This document shows, one piece after another, positions 1 through 13,479 of a stretch of DNA of 64,000 nt. Position numbers and translations under genes: made by a program. Positions within the stretch are counted from its first letter, which is position 1. Every line of letters begins with the position of its first letter. The DNA comes from Geosiphon pyriformis uo1. Taxonomy: Eukaryota > Fungi > Glomeromycota. The stretch spans positions 1,501,696 to 1,565,695 of the forward strand of contig JAAOMT010000602.1 of NCBI GenBank assembly GCA_016748015.1. Reading direction: 5' to 3'. The notes under the pieces were generated by a model. It was not told the origin of the DNA. It did not search any database and was given only the letters and a program-made list of their open reading frames with translations.

Positions 1-633
1 TTTTGAGCAAGAATAAGATCTCTTTATTCTATCAATGTTACTAGCATATAGAACACTAAAACAAGATACCACAAAACACACACTATTTAATTTAACCTAC
101 GGAAGGACAGCAATATTACCAATTAGTTTCACAATGGAAACATATCCAGTACAACCAATTAATAAAGACAACTTTCAGGAAACACTACAATGAAGAGCCT
201 ATACTCTGCTTAACACATTGGAAGGAAAATGATGAATAGCAGCCACCCATATTAAACACTCCCAAGCTTAACAAAAAGAATGGCATGACAACAAATTGTC
301 TCCAGTTACCAATGAATTTAAAATTGGAAACAAAGTTCTTTTACACAAAACTAAAGCTGAAAAACAATGGAGTAGAAAATTTGAAAATAAATGGAATGGA
401 CTATTTTTTATCCATGAAGTCCTAGGCAACGGATCATACAAGCTAAGACTTGATGACAAAATCCTAGCAAAAGTTGCACATGGAGATTATTTGAAACACT
501 ATAATTCCAGACACAATCCTGAACCATTAATTCCACAAATTGGTACACATTTTCCTTTAATCAATCCTGAAAATATTCCCTAAAATTTAGAACCAATAGT
601 TGTTATTGAACAATCTCCCAACTTGAACACTTA
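1..633 (+). pseudogene. Ty3/Gypsy integrase C-terminal part (element A), interrupted by stops
   Basis: Reads LLAYRTLKQDTTKHTLFNLTYGR...FKIGNKVLLH...KWNGLFFIHEVLGNGSYKL (GPY/F-type tail). Homologous to 3985-4593 and ~13500-14100. Confidence 0.85.
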
Positions 634-756
634 ACTTAAATTTATTATTATAATTATTTCCTTATAATTTAGAAACAATCTCACAAAAACAAAGCAAAAA
701 TAACATAAAAACCCATACACCAAAAATAATTTTCTTTTATTTTCAAATTTCTTATA

Positions 757-1433
757 ATGACTATTCCTCAAAACATTCAACAATTATTCCAAAAACTAAT
801 GTTAGCTTTAAAAACAATACCCGAATTATCTATTACTGTTACTGGAAGCCACATTAATTATACTCAAACAGAAGTAGTTACAAATTTAGCCCCAAATTCA
901 CAAAAATATCACTCATATAAGAAGAACACAAGAAGTTATTCTGGAATTCACCTGCCAGAACTTTTAAAGCTTGCTTTAAGAGAAAACTTAATGCTCATTC
1001 CTATTAGTATTCCACCAAATGCTACTATTCAACAAAAACTTCAACTGTGTCTTAATAAAGAAAACTACGATTATACTCCAATATATAGATATTTCTACAT
1101 TGGAAAAACACTTCATAAATGAAAACAGGAGCTTACAGCAGCAAATCTCACAAAAGAAGCTATTCGGAAACAACTCCATAATGAATTCAAGACAACAGCT
1201 GGACCTACAAACAGTCATTATAAACTAAGAGCTGCTCTTAGACTTTATGACCTATTCCACATCTGTGAAAACGTCCTACAAAACCCAATTTTACAGTCTT
1301 TGAAGATTTAATACATTGGAAAGCTTACAGAACTGAAATTTCAACAATTTTCAGACCAAATTTCTTCAATAATTTTGGATTATTATCTGAAAATTACAGA
1401 CAGTACTTGGACTTCAATGGAGCTTAGTTTTAA
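757..1433 (+). pseudogene. Extra ORF (ORF3) of Gypsy element A, unknown function, degenerate
   Basis: Lies between integrase and polypurine tract. Shares motifs with 4637-5351 and 12787-13453 (QL..AL...EL.I, PIYRYFYIGK, IGKLT...FQQ, DFNGA). Confidence 0.7.
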
Positions 1434-1444
1434 GAAGGAGGTTA

Positions 1445-2160
1445 TGTTACCAGACAAAATTAGAAATATTGTTTAGCATGAAATTACCCTTATAAATCTT
1501 ATTATTAATTAGCATATATTATCATTTCAAATTATCACTTATTACATTAGCAAAATGTCCGAAATTATCATTTAATTAATAACCCAATTTGTACATAACA
1601 CAAATGTAATCTAAGTGTGATGATCAATCATGTAATACCCTGAAATATGTAACATTCAAAAGTTTGCCAAAATTTGTAGAAATTTGCCGAAATAATTGAT
1701 AGTTCACCAAAATATCTAATAGTTCGTAGAAATAACTTGTAGTTCACCAAAATGTATCTTTAGTTCAGCAAAATTGTAGAAAAGAGCAAAGTTCAAGTTC
1801 ATAGAATAGTGTTATAATAAGTTGTATAAAAGAAGAGCTTCTCTCTTTGAGAAAATGTATCTTACTTTAGATTTATTACTTAGAACTATTTCTACACACA
1901 CAAAAAAAAATAAATATTAAATAATTCAAAAAACCAAATTCTTTAATTATTGCACTTAGAAATCCCCAAAACCCAACTAATGTTTTGAAATTGATTAGCT
2001 ACCAATTTCAGTAAAACTGTTAGTAACTCCCTTGACAGAATTCTATTTCTTTTATATTTCTTTTATTTTCTTTCTTTTATTTTTTTATTATAATCATTAG
2101 GGTAGCCTACAGACAAGATTCCTGTAGAAGAGTTGACTTTTACAGCAAAGTAACTACACA
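1445..2160 (+). mobile_element. LTR of Gypsy element A
   Basis: Starts TGTTAC right after purine tract AAGAAGGAGG (1432-1441). Contains short degenerate repeats (gttcaccaaaat-like). Ends ...CA before a possible decayed PBS (tagtgagcttcc). Right end approximate. Confidence 0.6.
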
Positions 2161-2440
2161 TTTTTAGTGAGCTTCCAAACGAGCAATTTCTGGAAAAGAG
2201 TTAACATTTACTACAACATAACTACACGAAGCAACTGGCACGGAATTGGTCATTCCACTTATAAGTCCAGCAGTTCAAATTATAAAAGATAATTTGAAGA
2301 TAAAAATTCAGTTATCAGAAATTCAAACACTTCCCATAATCATAAATTAACAGTATTACAACAAACATACAAGAGCTAAGAAGAGACCAAAAACCTCTGG
2401 TAATACTGAAAACTCCTAATTACACTCAAAAGCTCAAACA

Positions 2441-3165
2441 ATGCAATTGGAGAAATATACCAATTACAGAAAGATATTCATTGCTATTCCAAAAACTTTT
2501 TTTTCAACCAAAATTTGAAGTGGGGTTTGAAAACCATGAAGAAGAGTCTGAATCGGAATCTGAAGAAACCAGTAAAAAAAACAAGCACAAAACCAGTTAC
2601 TGAAACAAGTAGCCAGTTCAGAAACCAAGAAACTCATGATCAAGAGAAAGAAGTAATACATACCAACCACCTCAGAGACACAACCAGAAATTCAGTGACA
2701 GCCAAAATAATTGCTTGTCACACCAGGACTTCAAAACAAAAACACACGCCTGCTATTTTTACAAATGCATAGGACATTTGATTAGTTAATATCGAATATA
2801 AATAATACACAAAGCATACAAGAATAATTATTACATGCCACTTCAAATGCCCAGGAATTAATACAGACCAATATTACATTAATACTCTATTATGTACCAA
2901 AATCAAAGAACTTACTAGCAACAGCCCATGGTAGCCAACCAAAATTGGCATTTCAAGTCCCAAAATCAGCCCATGTGGAATCAAAATGCATTGGTTTAGA
3001 GAAACCCAAACCACGTAGGACTTAATTAGCAAACAAACACAAACTACTCAAACTACCCAAATTTTCAACCAACTTACCTTAATATATTAGAAAACTTAAA
3101 TTTTGGAAATATTAATAATAATGTACCTGGAACCAAAAATATTATCAATGCTAACTACTTGTCAT
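2441..3165 (+). pseudogene. Probable gag N-terminal relic
   Basis: Broken acidic and Q/N/P-rich reading frame following an LTR and PBS-like site. No diagnostic motif seen. Confidence 0.4.
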
Positions 3166-3199
3166 GAATGAAACACATATAAAAACCATCAAACAATAA

Positions 3200-4593
3200 T
3201 CAATTCATAAACAATAGACAATTACCTTTATAAAAATCTTAGCCAATACTTAAGAACACTACAGCTAGATAAAAACACACCAATAAAAGAACTAATTAAG
3301 TTCCAGAAATTATCAAACCATTATTTTATTCAAAACCACATACTTTATTACTGAAATCAACAAAATCCAAATAATCTATTAAGAGTTATAACCGAAAATA
3401 AAAAAGAAACTATCTTATTTAACATGTACTCAGATATCTATTCAGGCCACTTTAAAAAAACAACAACTATTCAACATACAACTAGTCATTATTATTGGCC
3501 AAAAATGCACTCAGATATTATCCAATACATAAAATATTGTGACTCATGCCAACAAAGAGGAGGAACAAAAACAACAGAACCATTAAGACTCATAAAAGTT
3601 GGACAACTATTTGATAGAATTGGAATTGATTTAGTTAGACCATTACTAATAACAGTAAAAAACAATCATTATATTACAATAGCAGTAGATTATCTTACTA
3701 AATAGCCAGAAGCCAGAGCCATTCAAACAGCTGATGCTATATCTATAGTCTACTTTGTACATGAAGATTTAATTTGCCGCCATGAATGTCCACAAGAATT
3801 GTTGTTAGACCAAGGGACACATTTTGTAAACAGTACACTAAATAAGCTCAGCCAAAGATTTGGAATTAAATGACTATTATTATTACCATACTATCCCCAA
3901 ACAAATAAATTAGTTGAATGGTTTAACCATACACTATATAAAGCATTAGCCAAAATCAGCAATGAACATAAAAAAGAATGGAATTTGTTCATACTAGCAG
4001 TTTTATTAGCATATAAGACATTAAAACAAAATACTATACAATTTACACTATTTGAATTGGTTTATGGAAGAAAGGCCATATTATCAATTGAACTTACTAT
4101 TCCAACTTATCCAAATGAAATTATTACAAAAACAACATTCTACAAAACAATACTTAGAAAAACATATAAGTTAATGGAAATTTTGAAGAACAAAAAAAGA
4201 AAAGCAGCTCAAAATATTGAACAGTCACAAGCACAACAAAAAGTGAGACATGATAACCAGTTACCAAATAATATAATTAGCTATAAAATAGGAGACAAAG
4301 TATTGTTGCATCATACTAAAGCAGAAAAGCAATGGAGTGGAAAGTTTGACTACAAGTGGGATAGACCATTCTATATTCATGAAATACTTGGCAATAGAGC
4401 ATACAAGTTAAGACTAAATGAAAAAATTTTAAGAAAAGCAGCACATGGCAACTGGCTGAAATTATATTACAACAAATCAGTAATAACAACACAAATACTT
4501 AGAATTAGAACACAAATACTACTAGTATCACTAGATCAGATTCCGCAAAATTTAGAACCAGTAGTTTTAATTAAACATTATATAAAAAGATAA
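3200..4593 (+). pseudogene. Ty3/Gypsy integrase (element B), interrupted by stops
   Basis: Zinc-binding region (SGHF...YYWP...CDSCQQR), core GIDLV / LDQGTHF / LVEWFN, tail KWDRPFYI...YKLRL. Confidence 0.9.
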
Positions 4594-4636
4594 TTAATCT
4601 TAAATTACACCAAAAAACAGTTAACAAAGCATAAAA

Positions 4637-5351
4637 ATGTATGCAAAAGAGCCCAAAAAGCAGTCAAAAATTAAAACAATAACATATATTCCAGAAAACA
4701 TTAGTAAGTTAACCCAACAACTATGTCAAAGCTTACAACAATCAAATTCAGATTTAGAAATTACAATTAATAGTTCCAAGATATCATATAAAAAAAAAAT
4801 GATACCAAATTCTACAATAAATGAGAAACCTAGTTTTGCACCATATACTACTATGGTCAAAAACAGTAACAGTTTTATCAACAAAACCATTAAAAATTTA
4901 GGAATAGCATTGGACAATACATTAATAATAGAAAAAATGAACATAGTAGAATTAACACCAAGTATATTTGAACAGCTGAAGAAAAAATTCCCCATTAATT
5001 ATTATTATTACCAATTAGAAAAACAATTAAATATACAAATATTATACTTAAAAGATTCAGTCAAAAGTATTCAACAAAACAACAATACAACAATTAGAAA
5101 GTTTTATTGGAAAAACCAACAATATACTTCATATAAAAGCTGTTTACAAAATTTTTAAGGCTTTCGAAAACTGTCACAAAGTACTATTGAATTCAACTAT
5201 GAATTTTATAACAATTAATAGCATTGGACGATTAACCAATTTACAATTTCAAAATTTACAACAACAAATTAATAATACAGTATTAGATTATTATAGTAAT
5301 ATAGAAATCAATAAAGAAATTAACTTTGATTTCAACAGAGCTCAATCTTAA
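4637..5351 (+). pseudogene. Extra ORF (ORF3) of Gypsy element B, frameshifted
   Basis: 173 aa ORF plus a shifted-frame continuation (LHIKAVYKIFKAF...IGRLTNLQFQ...DFNRAQS*). Stop codon abuts the PPT AAAAGAAGGGGA. Confidence 0.7.
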
Positions 5352-5364
5352 AAGAAGGGGATAA

Positions 5365-6120
5365 TGTTATAGTTTAAGAATTTAATAGGAATTATAAATA
5401 ATATAAATTAGCCAATCATGAAATAGCATAACAACAATTTATAAAAAAAAATGATTTACAAATAACAGCAAGCACTATTTTACAATAGCAGCAAGCACTA
5501 TTTAGAAATAATAGAAATAGAGTATTACAAGACATTATTTTGTAAAACAATAATTATATATATATATAATAGTTTTTAATAATAAAGAAAAAAACAGCTT
5601 CAACTAGAAGCAACAAATATGTAAATAAAATCTTATTTAAAAAAAATTAATAAAAATAATAAATTGAATAAATATTACAATTATGAGATTAACAATAGAA
5701 TTTACATACTCTTTCTAGTGAATAAAACTATCATTCCATCTTTGAACCCTTTGGAAGAATAATTCCTAATCAAAATTATTCACATAGTTACTAATTAAAT
5801 TGAAAAAGCTTTATTATATACTTATAGAAATCACGAAAAAACCATTAACATTCTGTGTTTTTAGATTAAAGAAACACATTAGACAATTGCAAGAATAGTC
5901 TCAGAGAAGACTCCAAACAGTGGGTAGATTTCAGATTAGCCTCTGGAAAAGAGTACACAACATACAAAGACAACTAGAATTAAAGAGAAGACTTACATCA
6001 CAACATTAAGAAAAAATCTTTAGTATATTATTATTAATATCCAACACATAAAATTGAGGAACTCATGAAAGACTAATTGCAATTAAAATGAGAGATCAAC
6101 AATTAAAATATACCAAAAAA
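5365..6120 (+). mobile_element. 3' LTR of Gypsy element B (end uncertain)
   Basis: Starts TGTTAT directly after the purine tract. Contains an AGCCAATCA box and repeated agcaagcactattt. Confidence 0.5.
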
Positions 6121-6137
6121 ACATTTTTGTAACAGCT

Positions 6138-6993
6138 TTTATGATTTCTGATTCTACCATTTTTGGATAATTGTTGTTGGTACTGGTTCTCTGTAAGATT
6201 ATACTTCACAGAAAGCACCAAATGTTACAGGTAATTATTTGAGATCTCAAATTAAATAACAATACCTGTAACTTGGTGTTCAGAAGCTATTCATAATGAT
6301 AGTAATCTGAAGGTTTTTTGTTATTTGAAGGTTTTTTTGTTGAATTTTTTGTATAATAGACAGAGATTTATTGGTAATAGTGTTATCCATAGCTTTTCAA
6401 AACCTCAGTTTTGTCAATTTCTTTCTCAGTATAATGGCTGGTAATTCTTCTGGTAAGCTATCCTCAATCAAGTGTTTTACCTTTATTTCTGGGTTTTTTA
6501 CCAATCACTTTATCTTGATGTCAGTACCCTGCATATTAATCTTCAATAGAGTTAGTAAACAACAAACAAAGAAAAAAACAAGAAATAAAAGAAAATGAAA
6601 TAAAAAAATAAGCCAAGGCAATACACAAGTTAGTATTCCATCAATAGCCAGGATCAAGAGCTATTGTTCTAATGTGGTTAAGTATCAGTTACTATCAACA
6701 TGGAGTGTTGATAGTGGAAGGTGAATTTGAGATAGTAAATAGTTATTTTATTAAATGATTGTGATTTGGAAGATTGCTTAGATTAAATCTAAAACTGAGA
6801 GGTCTCTAACTAAAAGATTCTACTTTTTTTACTTCTAATGCTACTGCTATATATACTTAATTAATGTTCTATGAGATCACTCACATTCTTGAGCAATGTG
6901 CCATAATTTCTTGAGCAATGTGCTTATGTGCTAACTATTACTTTTTTATTGGTCTACTATTTTTCTTATATATGTTTTCTTTTATGAGTAATA
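6138..6993 (-). mobile_element. Truncated Gypsy copy: 5' LTR (6223-6993) + PBS + start of internal region
   Basis: Colinear with 24195-25164. PBS-like cacagaaagcacca lies next to the LTR terminus tgttacag. Confidence 0.85.
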
Positions 6994-9410
6994 ATGATAG
7001 CTATTCTCATTAATCAGAAAGTTAAAAATGTATTTTTATTTATTAATGGATTACCTATTTTAATTACCAAAAGTAGTGTTCCATACAAGTATTTAGGGAT
7101 TTTTTTATTTACTAATAGAATGTTCAAATGTAGTCTGACCAAGACATAATCTGATGTAAAGTTTTTTTCAAATATGGTTTTAAAAAAAGTTGTTATAAAT
7201 ATGCAGTTTTTATACTTGGTTTTAGCAGTTTTATAGTTTATTGTTGGTTATTATATATAATTTAGTTTTATTTCTCCTAGGGTCTGTTATTAATAAAATG
7301 TTTTAATTAGAAAAAATTTTAAGTCAAAAACTGATTTGTTTCATAACTTTTTAAGTAAAATACTGTATTATTTCTTATTCTATAATTTGAAAAAATTTGA
7401 ACAAATTCAGACTGAAGAAAAGATTTCTTTGGCTGTTATCTTTGTAAACACTTTTGAAATTCTTGGTCAGCTCTTTAAACACTGATTTTTGGATTTTTGA
7501 ATTCTGGATTGTGTTTTTTTGAATTTTTTACAGCATCTAATAAAGTTGCATATTAGTTTTTTTAACAATTTTTTGGCAGAAATAATACATATCTTTTTAG
7601 ATAATAGTTTATTATTAAATAATAGCTTGGTTAATGCATTTTTTGGTCTTAACAAATTTTCTGTGTCAAGTGTTTTTAGGGCTTTTGTGTATTATGAAAA
7701 GATTAAATTCTTAAAAAGATTTGGTGTGGCTTTTTGTAACAGACTTCTGGATAAGTAAAGTAAAATTATAAAATAGAAGAGATTTTGCTAATAAAAAAAA
7801 TTAAATTCTAAAGGACTTGTGTCTTTATGGTTCATTTTGGTATCAAATTTCTTGCATAATACTAAATATATTCTGGTTTCTTCTAATGTGGTTTCTGAAT
7901 CAGATGGTAATAATATTGTTTTATTAAGTTAATTTTCTGCATTAAAAGAACATTTCTATAAAATATAAGTGAATATAATTATTGTGTATACAGATAGTTC
8001 TTTGAAAATTTTGGGTTCTTTTGCTGTAATTGGTAAAACTACTGCATATTTTCTCAAAATTGATTTAAGGATTGGTATTAGAGTTAATAGTCTGCTGTTA
8101 TCAATAATAATTAAATTACAGACTGTTGTTCTGGCTTTAAAATGTACATATTTTTTCTGTACTGTAGTTGTATATTTGAACAGTTAGGCTGCTATAGATG
8201 TGTGTGTTTTAGAATTAAAAATGTCAAGTTTTGATTTTCAAAACTGCTGCTGAATAGAGAAAAAGCACATTGCAAACTTGGTTAACATTAAAAATCTTTT
8301 AGTAGTTTGGTCTAAAGTTAAGAAACATTCTGGTATTTCAAATAATATTTATGCTGATGTTTTGGCAAAAACTACTTGTATGTTTTTGGTTTTATTTAAT
8401 AATATACATAAGTGTTTTATCAAGACTAATGGTTTGTTAGTATTCAGTAATATTTATTATTTTATTCAGAATATATATAGATCAATATATTATACTTGTT
8501 GAAAAAATAGTCCTGGTTTTAAGGTGTTAAATGGCTCTTTAATTTGAAGAGTTAATTAAGTCTAGATAATTGCTGTATAATACTCAGACTTACACATGCT
8601 ATCCAGTTTCATAAGTAAGATTTCAGCTGGTTTGCATACATATTTTATGAAAACAGTTCATAAGAGATTGCCAGTTGTTGTTAAGAAAAAACTTTATAAT
8701 AAAAAGTATCTAAGTGTTTTGTATTTGCAGTATAGAAAGATTAAGTTTTCTAATCATGTTTTTACATGTGCCAAAGAGTTTGATTCTCATAGAAAAATTT
8801 TGCTTAAACAAGTTACAATTTGAAAGTCTTTAATAAGATTTTACATATTTTCTTCTATAGTTATAGAATCTTTTTTGTTATGTTTATTGAATATTAGTCT
8901 GTATGTTTTTTTCTGCAAAGGCTTTGTGCTTGAGAATTGGTATAGTAAAGCTGTGTAAACATTTGATGATCATAAAAAGACCTCCCAAATTTTGGTTGGT
9001 TTTGTGTATGGTTTATATAAACAGCATTATTGTGTTTTATAGGGGTTTAGATCTAAATTCAAAGCAGATATAGATAAGTGTAATTTGATCAATAATTTTG
9101 GAATGGTTCTTAATATTTTTTGCAATTTGGTATCAGGTTTGTCAGATAAGATAGTTAAATTAATTGGTATTAATAAGTTTTTTGGTATTAGTTTTGGTTT
9201 TTGTAAGCTTTGTTTGTTTTTTTCTGGTTTGAATAATAAAGCTGTAGTTTATATAAAAGTATAGTGTTTTTTTAATTGGTTTGAGTGACTGGTAACATAT
9301 AGTAAATGTGTGAATTGTATTTAGTTGGAGTTCCTAATTTTAGCTTTGTATATTAGATAGCAATTAGACTGTACTTATTAAATTAATAAAATAAATAAAT
9401 TAGAAAAAAA
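6994..9410 (+). mobile_element. Decayed LINE 3' half (RT C-terminus, RNase H, C-terminal Cys/His region, 3' UTR, A-rich tail)
   Basis: YKYLGIF, VYTDSSL, VYLNS*AAID, WSKVKKHSGISNNIYADVLAK. 3' UTR similar to 30609-30750 and 35047-35180. Confidence 0.85.
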
Positions 9411-11190
9411 ATTTATTTTATTATTATTATTAATTATTTATACTTAAAAAAACTATTAAAATACATTAATTAAAGCTGTTTTTTGATATAAATAACAAAA
9501 AGTTTATATTTATTTAAATCTAAAAAAAAGTTTTTTGATCTTAATTTTAAAAACCAATATAAAATTAAAGTTATATATTGTTAAAACATTTTAATCAAAC
9601 TTATTTTAAATTAATGTCTCTAAAAATTAAAGTTATAATTAAACTAATATTAAATTATTTTTAAACTCAAAACAAAGTTCTATTTGTATTTTTAATATTA
9701 AATTAGTTTTGGTTACATAAATTGTGTTTTTTTAATAAAAATAAACTACTTAAATACTAAAAAATTAATTTAATTTTAATTATTAAATTTTACTAATGCT
9801 TTTTATTATAGCTTTATTAATTTTATTTTGATTAATTAAATAATATTAAATTTAAATAGTACAGTATACACAGTTTTCATTAATATTTTTATTGAAATTT
9901 TTTGATTATTATGATTATTTATTAATTACTTAAAATTAGTATTAACTATTATATTATTATTATTTATTAAGTTGGTAGTTTTTATTATACTAAATTTAAA
10001 CATAAAAATTGTATAAATTATTTTATTAAATTTTGAAAAAATAAACACTTTTCAAAATTATTTATATTTAAAAATAATTTTTAAAATAATTTTAATTTAA
10101 TTTAAGCAGATTTTTTATTAACTGTCAATAAATTTATATTTAAAGCAAAAATTTTCTTAATTAATATATTTACACTAATTGTAAAAAAAAAGAAAAAAGA
10201 GAAAAAATATTATTATTATTTTTAAAAATAATCTTGTTTAAAAACTTTATAATTATTATTTAAGTTTTAAGTTTTAATATTTTTGAAATAATATTTATAT
10301 TAATTATTTCTATTTTAGTGTTATTATCTATATTGAAAACAGTTTTTTTTCTTAAGTAATACTTATTTATATTAATACTTTTAATTTCTGTTGTATTATT
10401 TATATTAGCATTATTTATATTATTAACTAAAACAGCTATTTTAAAAAAATAGTATTATTGTTATTAAGTTTTAAAAAAAACACATTTTTGTTTTGGTTAA
10501 AAAAAATTTGTTAACAAAGTTAACATCCAAATTTTTAATACTTTTATTAAAAATTATTATATTATTTAATTTAACAACAGCTATATAATTAAATAAAAAA
10601 AATATAAAAGTATTAAATTAAATCTTAAAAACTATTATTAATAAAAAAAAAAGAAGTTTTTTGTTTTTTTAGTTATAGTCTAATAAAAAAAAATTTGAAA
10701 ATATAAAATAATTATTATGTCTTAACTAATATATTAAATTATATAATACAATTTTATTAAAAAGTTAAATATTATATAATTTTATTAAAAAAAATCAATA
10801 AAATATTTTTTTACTATTTGTTTTAATTATTATTTTACAATATTGTTTCATTAATTCTATTAAATTAATTAAAGTAGATTCAAAAATATATTGTTATTTT
10901 TCTTTTATAAATTTTTTAATTTATTATAATTTTAAGATATTTTTTTTTATATTTATTTTAACAATATTCCAAAAATTTTTTATTAAGTTTAAGTCAAAAC
11001 AATTAATTAATCACTTTAATAATTTAATTGTATTTTTAACAATAAACTTTTTGGCAAGTTTATTAGTATGCTTGGAATTATTATCTTGTTAAAATTACCA
11101 ATTATTCTCTAGTATTGTTTTAATTTCAAATAAGTAAATATAAAAAATATTTATATAAAATTGAGTATTTATTATTTAAATAAAACAAAA
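9411..11190. other. Extremely AT-rich, CpG-depleted segment (probable terminally decayed repeat)
   Basis: Very low G+C by inspection. No ORFs in the track. Confidence 0.6.
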
Positions 11191-11905
11191 AAACTTCTTT
11201 CTTTTTTTCATCCCAAATTCTCAAAAAAGAGTCAAAAAACTTTTTTGAAAAAAGTTTTTTACAATTCAGTATGATAAATCAAAACCGTTTTTGTTTGACT
11301 ACAAGGCCACTGTTGGCTGTAGTATTGTTGTTATGAAGAAAACTGTCAAAAGTTCTGGTTCTAACACTAATAATAAGGATGTTGTTTTCAGGAAGAAAAA
11401 AAAAATTGTTGTATTAAAGAATAGTACTACTTATAGTATGGCTTCTACTAAAGAGATAATTAGAAGTTCTTGGGGTTTTAATGCTAGAGATATCACTAAA
11501 TCTAATAGTGTTAACATGAAAAAAGAGTTCTTGATAGAAAAAACCAGTGTGGATTATGATGAAAGAAATATGTTTATTAAAAGTAACTCTAAACAGACAC
11601 TGAAAGAACCAAAATTAGTTATAAAGCAGGCTTTAAGTACACTATTGGGAAAAATTAATTTTTTAGCTGCTAAGAATAATAATGATGTTCTTTTGAATGC
11701 TTTTGTGGTTTTCTCCCTCTCTTTGAAAAATTTGGTCAATGTTTCTGTCAGGAAATTATTTGTTTTGGATATTAGTCTGGACAAAGTTGTTGGAAAAACT
11801 TGTAATAATAAGAAAATTATTCTCAAAAGTCAATGGTTTTGGAGAGGTCTCTATCTTTTTAAAATTTGCTGAAATTATTAGAGTGATATTCACTTCTGAG
11901 TCCAG

Positions 11906-12773
11906 TGTTACAGGTAATTATTTGGGGTCTCAAATCAAATAACAAACTCATAACTTGATGCTCAATTAATATAATAGTGTTAATGATATTGGTTTTTGAA
12001 GATTTTGTTAATCTGAAAGTTTTGTTGTAGAGTTTTTTGTATAATGGACAGAGATTCAATAGTTGTTTTTAGTAGCCTTCTGGAATTGCAATTCCATTCA
12101 ATTTCTTTCTCAGCATGGTGGCCAGTAATCTGACAAAGATGTTTTTCTGGTAAGCTATCCTTAAATTATCAAACTTTATACTTTTTCTTTGGGATCTTTT
12201 ACTAGGATATTCTTAATGTTAATAATTCAGCACTTTTCTTTTTAATCAATTAGTAAAACAAAAAAATAACAAAAAAAATGAAAAAAAAATAAAGAAATAA
12301 GCCAAGGCAATAAGTATTAGTATTTCATTAATAGCCATAATTAAAAGCTATTGTTCCAGTGTGGTTAAGTATCAATTACTATCAACACTTCATGTTAATA
12401 GTGGAAAGTAGATTAAAATAGTGAATAATTATTTATTAATATTTTGTAAATGGAAGATTGCTTAGATCAAATCTAAACTGAGAGGTCTGTTTTTTCTTCT
12501 TCTAATGCTATTACAATATATACATAATTGATGTTCTATGAGATTGCTTATATTCCCAAGCAATGTACTATAATTTCTTGAGCAATGTGCCCTAATTTTC
12601 TAATATTGCTACACATTGTTGAGTAATATGTTGTGATTTCTGATATTGTTCTATATTGCTGAGCAATGTGCCCTAATTTCTGATATTGCTTTATATTGCT
12701 GAACAATATGCTCACATGCTAACTACTACTCCCTTATTGGTCTGCTATATCTATTTTCTTTTTATGAGTAATA
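11906..12773 (-). repeat. 3' LTR of element C
   Basis: Colinear with 24280-25164. Preceded on the minus strand by PPT AAAAAGAGGAGATAA. Confidence 0.92.
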
Positions 12774-12786
12774 TTATCTCCTCTTT

Positions 12787-13453
12787 TTAATATTGAGCTC
12801 CATCAAAATTCTTATTTTGAATTATGTTAAATACTTCTTTTTCAAGTAGCATCTGTTCCATCCTACTCTTTATTTCTTTAATTTGTAAGTTGTTTATTCT
12901 TTCCCATTGGTTGATAGTTATTGTTTCCATGTTAAAGTGTAACAATACTTCTGAGTAGTTTTGGAATATAGTGTGTAGTTGATAAATGGTCCTAATGTGT
13001 AGTGTTAAATTTGTTTTCTTTCCAATAATGTTTTCAATGTTTCAGATTATCTCTTGATTGAAGATTTTTTTTAATTTCTCAAGATATAACTTCTGAATGT
13101 CTATTTTTCGTCCCAATTAATGGTAGCAATATGGTATTGGAAGTTGGTTTATCTATTGATTCCAATTTTCTTTTGTTAGTTCTTTTGTTGAAGCAATAAT
13201 AGTTGTTTTTTCAAAAGTGTTTTTTACTTTTTCGACTATTTTATCTAACCAATTTATTGATTGTTTCTGTGGTTGCTGGTATGGTGTACTTTTTCCTTTT
13301 TGTTTGGTGTTTTGATAACAAATTGTTTGGTTGTTAATGATAATTTCCAGGTTTACTTGCTGTTGACTTAAAGCCTGAAACAATTGTTGAGCTAAAGTAT
13401 GAATGTGATCTGGTATTTCTATTTTTCTTTGTTGCTTTTGTTATATATATCAT
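12787..13453 (-). pseudogene. Extra ORF (ORF3) of element C
   Basis: IPDHIHTLAQQLFQALSQQQVNLEIIIN...PIPYCYH*LGRK...NFDGAQY*. Stop abuts the PPT. Start approximate. Confidence 0.7.
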
Positions 13454-13479
13454 GTCTTTATATACTCTTTTTGGTTATT

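Noticed and set aside
757-1433. ORF3 as a retroviral envelope gene
   Set aside because: Short, with no visible signal peptide, transmembrane anchor or furin site in any of the three copies.
12555-12715. Regularly spaced palindromic repeats resembling a CRISPR array
   Set aside because: The spacers are themselves repeats, the array lies inside LTRs of a eukaryotic retrotransposon, and there are no cas genes.
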